The notes beneath the pieces are model-generated. The model worked only from the letters and a program-made list of their open reading frames with translations. It ran no database searches and was not told where the DNA came from. Below, in pieces: positions 12,701-26,703 of a stretch of DNA of 64,000 bases. Where the stretch lies: the NCBI GenBank assembly GCA_951406725.2, contig OX597825.1:68076001-68140000 (forward strand). Reading direction: 5' to 3'. The position numbers and the translations under genes are program-made. This stretch comes from Octopus vulgaris (lineage: Eukaryota). Position 1 is the first letter of the stretch; every line of letters begins with the position of its first letter.

Positions 12701-12915
12701 ATGGTGACGATGACGACAACAATAATGATGATGATGACAATGGCAACGATGATGATGATGATGGCAGTGACAATGACGATGATAGTGATGGCGATGATGA
12801 AGGTAGTGATGGTGATGATGATGATGATGATGATGACGGTGATGATGATGATGATGGCAGTGACAATGATGATGATGATGATGATGACTATGATGATGAT
12901 AATGACAACGATGAC

Positions 12916-12949
<34 letters not shown>

Positions 12950-14123
12950 ATGGTGACGATGACGACAACAATAATGATGATGATGACAATGGCAACAATG
13001 ATGATGATGATGATGATGGCAGTGACAATGACGATGATAGTGACGGTGATGATGAAGGTAGTGATGGTGATGATGATGATGATGATGATGATGATGACAT
13101 GTGACAATATATAAAATGGGGAAGCAAGAATATCGATCAAATCCTTTATTGTTGTTTCTGACATAAAAAAAGGTAAATTATTAAACACATTTACTGAAAG
13201 CTGATCTCAAGATGCTGAGAGCCTCACAGAGGAAAATGACAAAAGACTAAGATGATTGGTCGTTCACCATGCTCGAGAAAACCCGTCCACCTCAGTAAAA
13301 AACGATGTCCTAAAAGCATTCTGGCTACGATTGTTAACACATTCTGCCTTCTTGAGCTTTCGCTACATCTCATTCCTCTAAAACCTAGCCCTCCATCACT
13401 CCTCTGTCTATGGCACTACCTGACAGCTGTAATTACTTGACGTCAATATCAACACATATTCCTCCTCTCCTCCTCCTCCTCCTCCTTTTCTTTGTATCAC
13501 CAGTGTCTCCTCCCCATTATCCACCCTTTCCCCCACCCACACTATTTCACTGATTCCTCACCCCTCCCTTCTGTACCTTCTCAAAAGCAGGGTGATCTGT
13601 CTCCTGCCATATTCCATTTAAACACCTCACACATCTGGCTTTCATTCTTTCCCAGCACCTTCTCATATATGTCATCGCACCCCACTCACAACAGCCATCC
13701 TTATTTACCCCACCCCCACCCCATCCACCCGATCTTCCTACTCACCACCCCTACACCAAGCACATCAACCCCCACCCCTGCCATCCTTCTGACCTATTCT
13801 GCTTCCTGAACCATTTCTATTTCACACCTTACCCACCCCTCTTTCCATACTGATATTTTCCATGAACCATACCTCCTCTACCCATCGTCATCATCGTTAT
13901 CATCATCAACATCATCATCATTATCATGATCATCACCATCACCATCACCATCATCATTATCAGCATCATCACCACTATCACCATTGTCATCATCATAATC
14001 ATCATCACCATCACCATCATCATCGTTGTTGTCGGTGTCGTCATCAATCATCACCATTATCATTGTCATCATCATTATCATGATCTTCACCATCACCCTC
14101 ACTGCTATCATCATCATCACCAC

Positions 14124-14176
<53 letters not shown>

Positions 14177-14260
14177 CCATTGCCATCATGATCACCATTG
14201 CCATCATCATCACCATCATCATCACCATCATCGTCATCATTATCATCAATCATCACCATC

Positions 14261-14305
<45 letters not shown>

Positions 14306-14340
14306 AGCAGCATCAGTATCATCATCATCATCATCATTTT
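10810..14340. repeat. Compound (CAT/CAC)n and (GAT/GGT)n triplet arrays in alternating orientation
   Basis: Direct reading. Includes a ~250-bp internal duplication (about 12698 and 12947). Confidence 0.9.
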
Positions 14341-14715
14341 CTACCCCCCCCCCGTCTTTTAACCATTGTTTACTTTCTCTCTCTTCAATATTTACAAAGG
14401 TCAAGGTGGCAACCTGGCTGAATTGTTAGCATGCTGGGCAAAATGCTTGGCAGTATTTCATCCGTCTCTACACTTTGAGTTCAAATTCGCCATGGTCAAC
14501 TTTGCCTTTCTTCCATTCAGGGCCGATAAAATAAGTACCAGCTGAATCTGTGGGGGGGTCGATGTAATCGACTTACCCACTCACCCTAAATTGTGGCCTT
14601 GTGCCAAAATCTGAAATCAGTATTTATGAAAGTTAATCTTCTTTTATTTTTTACTTGTTTCAGTTACTAGACTGTGGCCATGCTGGGACAGTAAAATTTT
14701 TGAAATATACAAATA

Positions 14716-15120
14716 AGCACAGGAGTGGGTGTGTGGTAAACACCTTGCTTACCAGCCACATGGTTCCAGGTTCAGTCCCACTGCAAGGCACCTTGGGCAA
14801 GTGTTTTCTACTTTAGCCTCAAATTGACCAAACCCTTGTGAGTGGATTTGGTAGATGGAAACTGAAAAAAGCCCATCGTAGGTGTGAGAAAGAGAATGTT
14901 AGTGTATCTGTGTATGTCCCCCACCCCAGCATCACTTGACAACCGATGCTGGTGTGTTTACGTCCCCGTAACTTAGCAGTTCAGCAAAAGAGACTGAGAG
15001 AATAAGTACTAAGCTTACAAAGAATAAGTCCTGGGGTTGATTTGTTTGACTAAAGGCAGTGCTCCAGCATGTCCGCAGTCAAACGACAGAAACAAATAAA
15101 AGAGTAAAGAGTAAAAGAGT
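14716..15120 (+). mobile_element. Family A SINE
   Basis: Head GCACAGGAGTGGGTGTGTGGTAA, core ACCTTGGGCAAGTG, (TAAAAGAG) tail. Confidence 0.85.
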
Positions 15121-15404
15121 ATATAACTACACTCTAGGAGTGGTTGGCATTAGGAAGGGCATCCAGCCATAGAAACCTTGCCAAATTGGGTTGGAACTTG
15201 GTGCAGCTCCCCAGCTTACCAGTTTTCAGTCGTCAAACCGTCCAACCCATGCCAGCATGGAAAACAGACGTTAAATGATGATGATGATGATGATGATTAT
15301 AATGATGATGATGGTGGTGGTGGTGGTGGTGATGTTGATTATGATGATGATGATGATGATGGTAGTGGTGGTGGTGGTTGTGGTGGTGATGATGATGATG
15401 ATGA

Positions 15405-15437
<33 letters not shown>

Positions 15438-15853
15438 TGATGATGATGAAGGCAGCAAGCTGGCAGAATCATTAGCACGCCAGGCAAAATGCTTAGCAGC
15501 GTTTCATCCATCTTCATGCTCAGAGTTCAAATTTCACCGCTGTTGACTTTGCGTTTCATTCTTTCAGAGTCAATAAAATATATATATACCAGTTATGCAC
15601 TAGGGGTCAAAGTAATTGACTTATCCCTTCCACCAAAATTGCTGGTCTTGTGCCAAAATTTTAAATCGATATTTACAAAGGTACCCACTGTCTCCTCCTC
15701 TCCTCTAACCCACTGCCTGTATCCTCTCTCATGCTCCCCTTCCTGTACCTTGAGAGTCTTCTCTGGATCTCCACCACTACCAGTTTCATCTCCTTCCCAG
15801 CTACTCCCACTCCCACCTGTATAATTTGTGGTAGTGATGCATATCCTCTAGAG

Positions 15854-16030
15854 CAGTGCTTTTCAAACTTTTTGCTGGAGCGGAACCCCAAGGAAACATT
15901 CCACTGGCTCGAGGAACCCATGCAATAATTTAATAGTCTTATGCACACATATCTGCACAGGAGAATTAAAAATTACTGCCGATTTTAGCAGTTTTGTAAC
16001 TTCTTGCGGAACCCTGGTTGAAAACCACTG
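15854..16030. mobile_element. hAT (Charlie-like) MITE
   Basis: TIRs CAGTGCTTTTCAA / TTGAAAACCACTG; perfect 8-bp TSD CTCTAGAG on both sides (NTCTAGAN target typical of Charlie/Buster hATs). Confidence 0.9.
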
Positions 16031-16585
16031 CTCTAGAGACATACATCTATGCATGCCCCTCTGTCATACTTTAGCCTTTCAATACTTGGTATAAAGCCAC
16101 CTCCTCGACCCCCAAATACTTCCTCCACCGCCATCACCATCACTTAGTAGAAGGAGCTGTTCCCTTTTCCTCTTACCCTCTGCTTTTTTTCTGTCTTGCA
16201 ATTTGCTTGGCATCCTCAAGTAATCCTGTAAAACAGTTGGCATTGGGAAGGGTACCCAGCCATAGAAACCCTGCCAAATCTGACACTGAAATTCAGTGCA
16301 GCCCTGTGGCTTGCTAGATCCAGTCAAACCATCCAACAACCCATGCCAGCATGAAAAACAGGCATTAAATGACAATGACGATGATGTTTACAATCATATT
16401 GCTTTCAAGTTTTGTCACAGGCCAGTAATTTCAAGGGAGGGATAAGTTGAATAGCTAACCCCCAGTACTCAACTGGTACTTATTTTATCGACTCCAAAGG
16501 ACAAATGGCAAAGTTGACCCCAGTGGTGTTTGAACCCAAAACATAAAAACAGACTAAATGCTAGTAAGAATTTTACCCAGCATAC

Positions 16586-16992
16586 TCTCTTTTATTCTTT
16601 TACTTGTTTCAGTCATTTGACTGCAACCATGCTGGAGCACCGCCTTTAATCGAGCAAATCGACCCCGGTACTTATTCTTTGTAAGCCCAGTACTTATTCT
16701 ATCGGTCTCTTTTGCCGAACCGCTAAGTGACGGGGACATAAACACACCAGCATCGGTTGTCAAGCAAAGCTAGGGGGACAAACACAAACACACACACACA
16801 CATATATATACATATATATACATATATACGACGGGCTTCTTTCAGTTTCCGTCTACCAAATCCACTCACAAGGCTTTGGTTGGCCCGAGGCTATAGTAGA
16901 AGACACTTGCCCAAGGTGCCATGCAGTGGGACTGAACCCAGAACCATGTGGTTGGTAAACAAGCGAATTACCACACAGCCACTCCTGCGCCT
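16586..16992 (-). mobile_element. Family A SINE (relatively young copy)
   Basis: Near-consensus match to the copies at 35101 and 46402. Confidence 0.9.
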
Positions 16993-17499
16993 AAAGATTC
17001 TGCTGACTTCCACCCTAAATAACAATGATTTCAATTTTGGCCCCAGGCCAGTAATTTCAGAGAAAGGGACTTTTAAAAAGTGTGTGATGAAGAATTTAAT
17101 AAAGTCGCTTTCTATTGACCTTGTGCATATCATTCAAGAGATTACTGATTCTGTGGGAGACCTCATCAAATGAGTCTTAGTTGAGTTTTTTTTTCTCTTT
17201 GGATCCAATAGTTTTGGCAGCAGAATTATAGATCAAAGAACTTAAGAACTTAAAGAAGATGATTTGTCATTCATGCTGGCCTCTGAAGCGAAGAGTCTCT
17301 GACACATTCAGTTTGGCAGTAAAAGATTGACAAATGCTATTCCAAACACTGAAAGTGTAATAATGTGTTGGTGTATCCCAGGCAACATAGCTGTGGTCTA
17401 ATACAGAGAGACAACAGAGTAACATGGTAGGAGATGTTGGGAAGGTGAAAGGGGGAGAAAGGGGAAGTGAGGAGAGAGGAGAACATGCACCAATTAAGC

Positions 17500-18340
17500 T
17501 ACTTGATGTTTGTGTTCTTTACTGTCTTAAAAGGAACATTTTCAGTCTGAACTTCATTAATATCAGGCAATGATCTATCTGACATTCAACCCCACTTCAT
17601 TGCACAAGTGAACGAAACATCTTTGAGCTCTAGCTGCCTAGCCAGGATGTAGTCAATAAGATACCGCTTTGTGGATCTGGGGTGCTTTCATGAATTGTAT
17701 CTTATTTTTTTACTGGAAGATGGTGCTAATAAGGATGAGATCATATTTTCTTCATACAAAGGAAAAAAGACGGGAGCCCTTACTGTTAGTTTTCCAACAC
17801 CACAGATCCTGATCACTTGCTCCCAACTTTTATCATTCCTTTTGTATTAAAATAAACCATTATGATGGTCTTGCCTTCTTTTAGTATTTTTAATTTGTAC
17901 CTGATCTAATGCCTGAGAGAAGTGGCCTTTTTTCAAACTACCAAATAGTTTTTATCTCTTTATTGCCCACAAGGGGCTAAACATAGAGGGGACAAACAAG
18001 GACAGACAAAGGGATTAAGTCAATTACATCAGTCCAAGTGTACAACTGGTACTTATTTAATCGAGCCCAAAAGGATGAAAGGCAAAGTTGACCTCAGCAG
18101 AATTTGAACTCAGAACATAACAGCAGACGAAATACCACCAAGCATTTCGCCTGGCATGCTAATGATTCTGCCAGCTTGCCGCCATACTACCAAATAGTAT
18201 TGTGACATGACACAACAGCTCTCTGCAAGGGAAATAGGAGTGACACAGGCACTCATTAATGCCAGCTGGTTCCTCAGTCAGTTTACATAGCAGAAGATGA
18301 AGGTGCTTTGTTGATAATGTCCAGAGAGCATAGCCCTCAT
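17500..18340 (-). mobile_element. RTE LINE AP-endonuclease remnant, interrupted by a SINE
   Basis: Minus-strand fragments KLTEEPAGINECL, WEQVIRICGVGK, KHPRSTKRYLIDYILARQLELKDV and CQIDHCLI match the RTE/BovB endonuclease motifs (HPRSKHWHLIDY, TDH). Confidence 0.75.
17950..18185 (-). mobile_element. Family B SINE with 13-bp TSD
   Basis: ACTACCAAATAGT flanks the copy on both sides (17937-17949 and 18186-18198). Confidence 0.9.
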
Positions 18341-18347
18341 AACTTAA

Positions 18348-18553
18348 CCCTTTCGTTACTGTATTTCTGTTGAGATGCTCTGTGTTTCTTTCAATTACTT
18401 AAAATATAACAAAGAATTTAAGAAAATAACTTAGTTATCATTAAGCTACTGTTAGGAACATAAATTGTGACTAAGGTTTGGTGGAAGATTTTAATTCAGA
18501 ACTTATGAAAACAAGTGCCAGAGCCAGTTTCAGATGGGTTGGTAACGAAAGGG
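18348..18553. mobile_element. piggyBac-type MITE (copy 1)
   Basis: TTAA|CCCTTTCGTTAC ... GTAACGAAAGGG|TTAA; 206 bp. Confidence 0.9.
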
Positions 18554-18735
18554 TTAACAGAACTTGCCGCCATACTACCAAATAGTATTGTGACATGACA
18601 CAACAGCTCTCTGCAAGGGAAATAGGAGTGACACAGGCACTCATTAATGCCAGCTGATTCCTCAGTCAGTTTACATAGCAGAAGATGAAGGTGCTTTGTT
18701 GATAATGTCCAGAGAGCATAGCCCTCATAACTTAA

Positions 18736-18941
18736 CCCTTTCGTTACTGTATTTATTTTGAGATGCTCTGTGTTTCTTTCAATTACTTAAAATATAACAA
18801 AGAATTTAAGAAAATAACTTAGTTATCATTAAGCTACTGTTAGGAACATAAATTGTGACTAAGGTTTGGTGGAAGATTTTAATTCAGAACTTATGAAAAC
18901 AAGTGCCAGAGCCAGTTTCAGATGGGTTGGTAACGAAAGGG
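18736..18941. mobile_element. piggyBac-type MITE (copy 2, part of a 388-bp tandem duplication)
   Basis: Same TIR/TTAA structure and the same flanks as copy 1. Confidence 0.9.
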
Positions 18942-19183
18942 TTAACAGAACCCTCACAAAGTGGCTTGCTCACACTCAGTAATGGTTGCAGATAAGTTCA
19001 CCACCATCAATTCATTTCAGGAGAGTTCACTGCAAGAAAATTTCACCAAGAAAATATATCCAAAGTATCTCACCATTAATAGTTAAAAACTGTATTATTG
19101 AAATCAAATGACAGTAATGGACATCAAAATGTGTAATTGGGGATTGCCGTGAAAATTCCTATGAGCTTTCCCAGCGGTGAATT

Positions 19184-19598
19184 GGTGATGAGCTGACAGA
19201 AACGTTAGAATGCCGGGCGAAAAGCTTAGCAGTATTTCGTCTGCTGCTACATTCTGAGTTCAAATTTCACCGAGGTCGACTTTGCCTTTCATCCTTTCGG
19301 AGTCGATTAAATAAGTACCAGTTATGCACTGGGATCGATATAATCGATTAATTCCTTTGTCTGTCCTTGTTTGTCCTGTCTGTGTTTAGCCCCTTGTGGG
19401 CAGTAAAGAAATAGGTATTTCGTCTGCCACTATGTTCTGAGTCCAAATTCCGCCGAGGTTGACTTTGCCTTTCATCCTTTCGAGGTCAATAAATTAAGTA
19501 CCAGTTACGCATTAGGGTCTATATAGTCGACTTATCCATTTGTCTGTCCTTGTTTGTCCTCTCTGTGTTTAGCCCCTTGTGGGTAGCAAAGTAATAGG
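19184..19598 (+). mobile_element. Family B SINE with duplicated body
   Basis: Head plus two body units ending GCCCCTTGTGGG..AAAG..ATAGG. Confidence 0.85.
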
Positions 19599-19899
19599 TG
19601 AACTTACGGGACATGCTCAGCAGTATCTATATTGTCATCATACATTTAGTAGATCCTGTAACATATCATGTTTTTCCAAATGTATGAATGTGTGTGCATG
19701 TGTGTTTGGAGATGTATGTATGTGTTCATATTAGCAAGTCTTTTTATTATTTATATACTGGGTTCTCTTTCTCCAGTTTGTACGACAAAAACATGCATAT
19801 ATACACACAACTCCCAAAAATGCACACACAGATATTACAATCACACACATACAAACACACACTTATATATAAAGTTCACCACAGAAAGCCTTTAGTATA

Positions 19900-20421
19900 C
19901 TGTAAATCCTCGAGTATAATCCACATTTTTTTCCCAAAATTTAAAGGTCAAAATCCCTAGTGCGTACTATATACGAAGTTAAAAATGAAAAATATCTTCT
20001 AAGCAAAGTCCAAGTCTCTATTGGCTGTCCAGCAATGTTTATTCAGACACATTTTGTGATGTCAGGCGCGAAAATACCTTAAGCTAAGTCTGAAAGCAAT
20101 GAAGTCATAAAAGAATCATCTATAACTTGCAGTAAGCAACATTTATTAAAATAAAAGTATTCAGAACACAGAATAACATGTAACAAAAACAATTTGCAAA
20201 CATATTTACATTCCCATATAACAGTTAAGAACATCACCATTATTGTATTATGCATGTGCGGAAGTGTGTGTTCGACTAGGTGTTGCTGGCTTAATTACGC
20301 ACGACTCAAGTTAGAGAAGGGGTGCGTATTATACACAAGGTTTAGGTTTTTCACAGGTACAGCCCCCTAAAAATCCCTTGCGTATTATACTCAAGGGCGG
20401 ACTATACTTGAGGATTTACAG
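19900..20421. mobile_element. Tc1/mariner-superfamily (Tc2/pogo-like) MITE
   Basis: TA|CTGTAAATCCTCGAGTATA ... TATACTTGAGGATTTACAG|TA; a partial second copy lies at 34481-34635. Confidence 0.85.
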
Positions 20422-21819
20422 TAGTTGGAGAAAGTAGATGATGGCCTGCATAACTTTTGAAAAAGGGAAGAGTTAGACAGTGGGACTGAACCAGGAACCA
20501 TGTGGTTGGTAAGCAAGCTACTTACCACACAGCCAACAAAATTTCAATTTTCTATTTTTGGTTTTTGTTTTTGGTCTGTAAGTGTTATTTCTTATTTGCT
20601 TCTATCTAGAAATCAAAGGAAACGACGACTATTCCCTTCAAAATTTGCTTTTGTGACCGAGACACCAATGCCTTGAAACTGACCTACTTTGCATTACATT
20701 TCAGACAGATTCAGAGCTGAGTTGCTGAAGCAGAAATATTGTTGTAGCAAATATTCTGCTCAATACCAGAGACTTGCTTTACAGTTGCTTGACCTTAATC
20801 ATTTGAGCATGTCCCTTAGTGGCTGACTATGTACATCTCTGATCATGAGCAGGAGAAGTGGGGGAATATCATAGCCATGTGTTGAGAAGGATCCTTTGGG
20901 GTTTGAATAAATGTAACAAAAGCAAAGTTTGAAGGAAATATTGGTTCCAAAATTTTGGCACAAGGCCAGCAATTTCAGGATAATGGGTAAATTGATTACA
21001 TTGGCCCCAGTGCTCAACTGGTACTTATTTTATTGACCCCGAAAGGATGAAAGGCAAAGCTGACCTCAGTGGAATTTAAACCCAGAACATAAAGACAGTT
21101 GAAATGCCACTAAGCATTTCCCTTGGTGTGCTAACAATTCTCCAAGCTCACTGCCTCAAAGTTTGACGGAAATATTAACCATTATTCATACTTCCAAAGG
21201 GTTAGCAAATAGGAAATAACAGTTGCTACCCAAGGACAAAAATTCATGCTACACAGTATAATTCTGGTTGCCACAAAGCATCAAACTAGTGGAGGCACAT
21301 GGCCTAGTGGATAGAGCAGCAGACTCGTGGTCGAGGGATCATGGGTTCAAATCTCAGACCGGTCGATGTGTGTGTTTATGAGCAAAACACTTGGATTGCT
21401 TTCAGCTTTGCTGTTAGTTTGATGCTTTGTTGTTATTCTTGTTGTTATTGTTGTTTGTTCCTTCTTGATCCATCCATGGCTCATAAGGGCTAGTTTCCTG
21501 GTTTTATTGGCGTGTAGGTTCCCCACCTGGATGGGATGCCGGTCCATTGCAGGTGAGCTGCAAGATGCAGGAGGAAAGAGTGAGAGAATGTTGCAGCTTG
21601 GCAGAAAGTAATGGCAAACTGCTGCTGACTCTTTCACCACAACTTTCTCTCACTCTTTACCTCTGCATCTAGCAGCTCACCTGCAATGGACCAGTGTCCC
21701 ATCCAGGTGGGGAACCTACATGCCAATGAGACCGGGAAACCAGCCCTTCTGAGCCAGGCATGGCTCAAGAAGGAACAAATAACAACAACAATAAAACATC
21801 AAACTAACAGCAAAGCTCA

Positions 21820-22600
21820 AAGCAATCCAACACTGCTGCACCAAGGACATTGCCTTGGTGCAGCAGATGAGTTACTGTGAGAGGCTAAAAGAATTGAGGT
21901 TCTACTCCCAAGAGAAGAGGCACAAAAGTAGTTATGCAGTCATATATATTTTGGATGATCCAGGAGATTCTCGCACCTAAGTTTGAGATTGAATGCTGTA
22001 CCAAACTCCAATATGGACACCACTTTATAGTATCAAAGATCCCACTGTTTCCATTTAGAGTAAGGACCACTTTATAGTACCAAAGATCCCACCATTTCCA
22101 TTTAGAGTAAGGACCACTTCATAGTACCAAAGATCCCACTGTTTCCATTTAGAGTAAGGACCACTTTATAGTACCAAAGATCCCACTGTTTCCATTTAGA
22201 GTAAGGACCACTTTATAGTACCAAAGATCCCACTGTTTCCATTTAGAGTAAGGACCACTTTATAGTACCAAAGATCCCACTGTTTCCATTTAGAGTAAGG
22301 ACCACTTTATAGTACCAAAGATCCCACCATTTCCATTTAGAGTAAGGACCACTTTATAGTACCAAAGATCCCACTGTTTCCATTTAGAGTAAGGACCCAA
22401 TACTGTAAAAGCTAAGAGTTCAGAGTACACAGCTTTCCAATTCCTTGCTAAAAACTGCAGAGATGTAAAAGACATAAATGTGGGTGTGTTCGAAGAACAG
22501 TTAGACAAATTTTTATGAGAAATACCATATGGAGCCATATCAAGGCAAGAAGTGCAAATAAGAGCAGTGTTGTCTAACTCACTGATTTACCAGAATCACA
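21820..22600 (+). mobile_element. CR1-like LINE 3' remnant containing an amplified 47-bp segment
   Basis: Fragments CERLKELR.LYSQEKR...YAVIYI.WMIQEILAP...HFIVPKIPLFPFRVRTQYCKS...DINVGVFEEQLDKFL*EIP...SNSLIYQ match the CR1/L2-type C-terminus (YWERLxxLxLYSLERRR, FKxxLDxFL). Confidence 0.75.
22019..22394. repeat. Minisatellite, 8 x 47 bp
   Basis: Unit ACCACTTTATAGTACCAAAGATCCCACTGTTTCCATTTAGAGTAAGG; near-identical copies with no spacers. Confidence 0.95.
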
Positions 22601-22702
22601 TACAGAAAGAGGGCTCTAGAAGTGAGTTGAAATAAAATAACAATCACACTAACTGTGGTCTCCCAGCATGGCCAAGGACCCTTGGTGAAACCAAGTAAGT
22701 AA

Positions 22703-22780
<78 letters not shown>

Positions 22781-22940
22781 GGGGTAGGTATGCAGCTTTG
22801 TATGTATATACAGCTGTCAGAGATTTTGTATAATTTTTTAATTGATGAATAATTATTAATTATCTTTCTATTTTCTTGTCTTCTTTATATACACACATAC
22901 AGGAATAATAATAATATAGATAGATAGATAGATAGATAGC

Positions 22941-23036
<96 letters not shown>

Positions 23037-23137
23037 TAGACAGGAATGTATGTATGTATGTAGGTAGGTAGGTAGGTAGGTAGGTAGATAGAGATGCATT
23101 TGTATACACATACATGTATATACAGAGACAGGTAGAT

Positions 23138-23229
<92 letters not shown>

Positions 23230-23699
23230 CAGCGACAAACACATTCATAAATTATCATACACAATATATTCAAAAACAAATCAATTACAATGGACGTAGT
23301 GACACGACCTGCTGGAAACAGCAGTTAAAATTCCTCAAATCATAGCCCCTGGTAATGTAGTCCTAAAAATATAAAAGCACAAACACGAATAGTCACGGAT
23401 GAAACGCTTTTGATCAAAAGCTTGCTCAGTCAAGGATGACTGGAGGCTAAAAATAACAACAGCTACAATCACATATACACGAGTATGTAAGAGCCAATAT
23501 AGGCAAAACCCAAACATAACAAACATATAAACACACCAATACAAACATTATTCAAACTGTGATATCACCATAAACTCATGCATATAGTTATGTTTCTGTA
23601 TACATCTATATACGCATCTGTGGAGGTATATATAACCACGTAAACACTATATACAGACACAATCAAAGGCACTCGTGTGTGTGTGTGTAAATTTGGGTT

Positions 23700-24097
23700 T
23701 TATATTATGGCAAAAGGCCAGCAATTTTGAGGGAGGGGCTAAGACGATGACATAGACACCAGGGCTCAACTGGTACTTTGTTTTATCGACCCCGGAAGGT
23801 TGAAAGGCAAAGTCGACCTCGGCGGAATTTGAACTAAGAACGTAAAGACGGAAGAAATGCCGCCAAGCATTTATACACACAAAGGCGGCGAGCTGGCAGA
23901 AACGTTAGCACGCCGGGCAAAATGCTCAGCAGTATTTCGCCTGTCTTTAAGTTCTGAGTTCAAATACCGCCGAGGTCGACTTTGCCTTTCATCCTCTCAG
24001 GGTCGATAAATTAAGTGCCAGTTGCGTACTGGGGTCGATCTAATCGATGGCCTCCTTCCCTAAAAATTTCGAGCCTTGTGCCTAGAGTAGTAAAGAA
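23700..24097. mobile_element. Two family B SINEs in divergent orientation
   Basis: Minus copy at about 23700-23870 and plus copy at 23883-24097; CpGs largely intact. Confidence 0.85.
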
Positions 24098-24617
24098 CAT
24101 ATGTCTACCCCATCTTTAAACATCTCCCCAGCACCATCTATTTCTCTCTCTCTCGCTTTCTCTCACTCTCCCACTCTGTCTCTCTAACTCCCTCTTCCCT
24201 TCCTCCCCTTCTTGAGCCTACCGGGGTGACCAAGTATCTCCTCTGTAGTAAGACAACTATCTCTGTCCCCCTATCGTACCCTACCTCTCATATGGTGCAT
24301 AACCACTTCCCTCGGCTCCACTTCTCCTCTCAGCTGAGAGGTCTTTGTCATGCAAGCTAATCGGCAACCCTACTGGTGCTGGTGCCAGATTAAAAGCGCC
24401 TGTGTTGGTACCAGGTAAAAGCACCCAGTACACTCTGTAAAGTGGTTGGCATTAGGAAGGGCATCAAACCGTAGAAATAATACCAAAACAAACAAATGGA
24501 GCCTGATGCAGCTTTCTGGTTTGCCAGCTCCTCTCGAAATGTCCAATTCATGCCGGCACAGAAAGCAGATGTTAAATGAGACTGATGACGATGATGATTA
24601 TGACGATAATGATGATA

Positions 24618-24660
<43 letters not shown>

Positions 24661-24678
24661 CGATGACGATGACGATGA

Positions 24679-24712
<34 letters not shown>

Positions 24713-24888
24713 GGTGGTGATGAGTAATATCTACATGCACAAAAACGTATATCACATATATATATACATACACATAGATTAATTAAAATATACAGTATTA
24801 TAGATCCAATTTGCACTGGGTAAATTATATATGCGTGTATGTGTAGAAGATATAGGTAAATATATGAGTGTATAAACACCCTCCACAC

Positions 24889-24929
<41 letters not shown>

Positions 24930-25186
24930 GTGGTCTTTTTAAATTAGTCTCAGAGCCACCAAATTTAAGTTACGTGTACATTGCTATCGATACAAGAAAT
25001 GAAGAGGAAAATCAACATGGACTGGATTCGAACTCGAAATTTATAAGAATGTTACGAATTACTGTAAGAAATTTAATTTTGACATTCTACTGATGGTGCT
25101 ACCTACCACCCTAATGTATGTATATTAATATAAACACACACACACACCACGCACACAAGCGCGTGCACACACACACGCACGCTCTC

Positions 25187-25261
<75 letters not shown>

Positions 25262-26204
25262 CTATTTCTCACACACACTTTATATGTGTGTGCATGTGTC
25301 TGTGTGTGTGTGTGCATGCGTGTGGTTCTGAGTTCAAATTTCGTCGAGATCGACTTTGCCTTTCATCCTTTCGGGGGGTCGATAAATTAAGTACCAGTGA
25401 TACACTGGGGTCGATGCAATCGACTGGTCCCCTCCCCACAGATATCAGGCCTTATGCCTATAGTGGAAATGATTATTATGCACATATATACACGCGCGCG
25501 CACGGGTGCATGTATCTGTATACGTACACATACGTATATATGTGTATATATGTTTGTATGTGTATATATTACATACAATAATATAAAGACACACAGAAAA
25601 TAATGTAAGCACAGACACACACGCATTATTATGAATACATAAACATACACATACAATAATATAAACACAGAGATACATAGATTAACACGGTACAAAAGCA
25701 ACAGCTTCTACATGGTCTCTGGGGCTGCTAGAAATAGCAGCTAAATTGTCCTTAAATCCCACCTTGCTGTCTTATACAAACCAATATCTAAGACAACGTT
25801 AGATAATATCGTATTCGGCACACGTACACACGATACCTAATAAATAAAGGCATGACGATCATGGTTGGAACGCTTTTCATCATAAGTCTATTTAACCAAA
25901 GATGACCAAGGGTTAAACAGAAGCAAGCCACAGAGACGTCGTCATCGTATAAATATACACCAACCATATAATCACTCACGTGTCATGTATATATACAAAC
26001 AGTAAGACTGGAATACATAGATATAGCAATGCAAGCTACTGAATATATATATATATATAAGAACATAGGCACTACACGCATACATACATACATACATACA
26101 TACATACATACATACATACATACATACATACATACATACATACATACATACATACATACATACAAACATACATACATAGAAACATACATACATACATACA
26201 CACA

Positions 26205-26241
<37 letters not shown>

Positions 26242-26285
26242 AGTCATCTAAGAGTCTATTAAGACAGGAAAAATACACTCGTGTG

Positions 26286-26332
<47 letters not shown>

Positions 26333-26390
26333 TGAGAAAGAAAGAGATGCATTTGTATACACATACATGTATATACAGAGACAGGTAGAT

Positions 26391-26481
<91 letters not shown>

Positions 26482-26582
26482 CAGACAAGCAAGATAGGTA
26501 GGTAGGTAGGTAGGTAGGTAGGTAGGTAGGTGGATGGATGGATGGATAGATAGATAGATAGATAGGTAGGTAGGTAGGTAGG

Positions 26583-26703
<121 letters not shown>

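Noticed and set aside
10630-14429. Long poly-His/Asp/Ile/Met/Ser ORFs (up to 368 aa)
   Set aside because: Translations of (CAT/GAT/GGT)n arrays, open in several frames on both strands, with no splice or domain evidence.
22019-22394. CRISPR-like regular array
   Set aside because: Contiguous identical 47-bp units with no unique spacers, no cas genes, eukaryotic context, and derived from a LINE.
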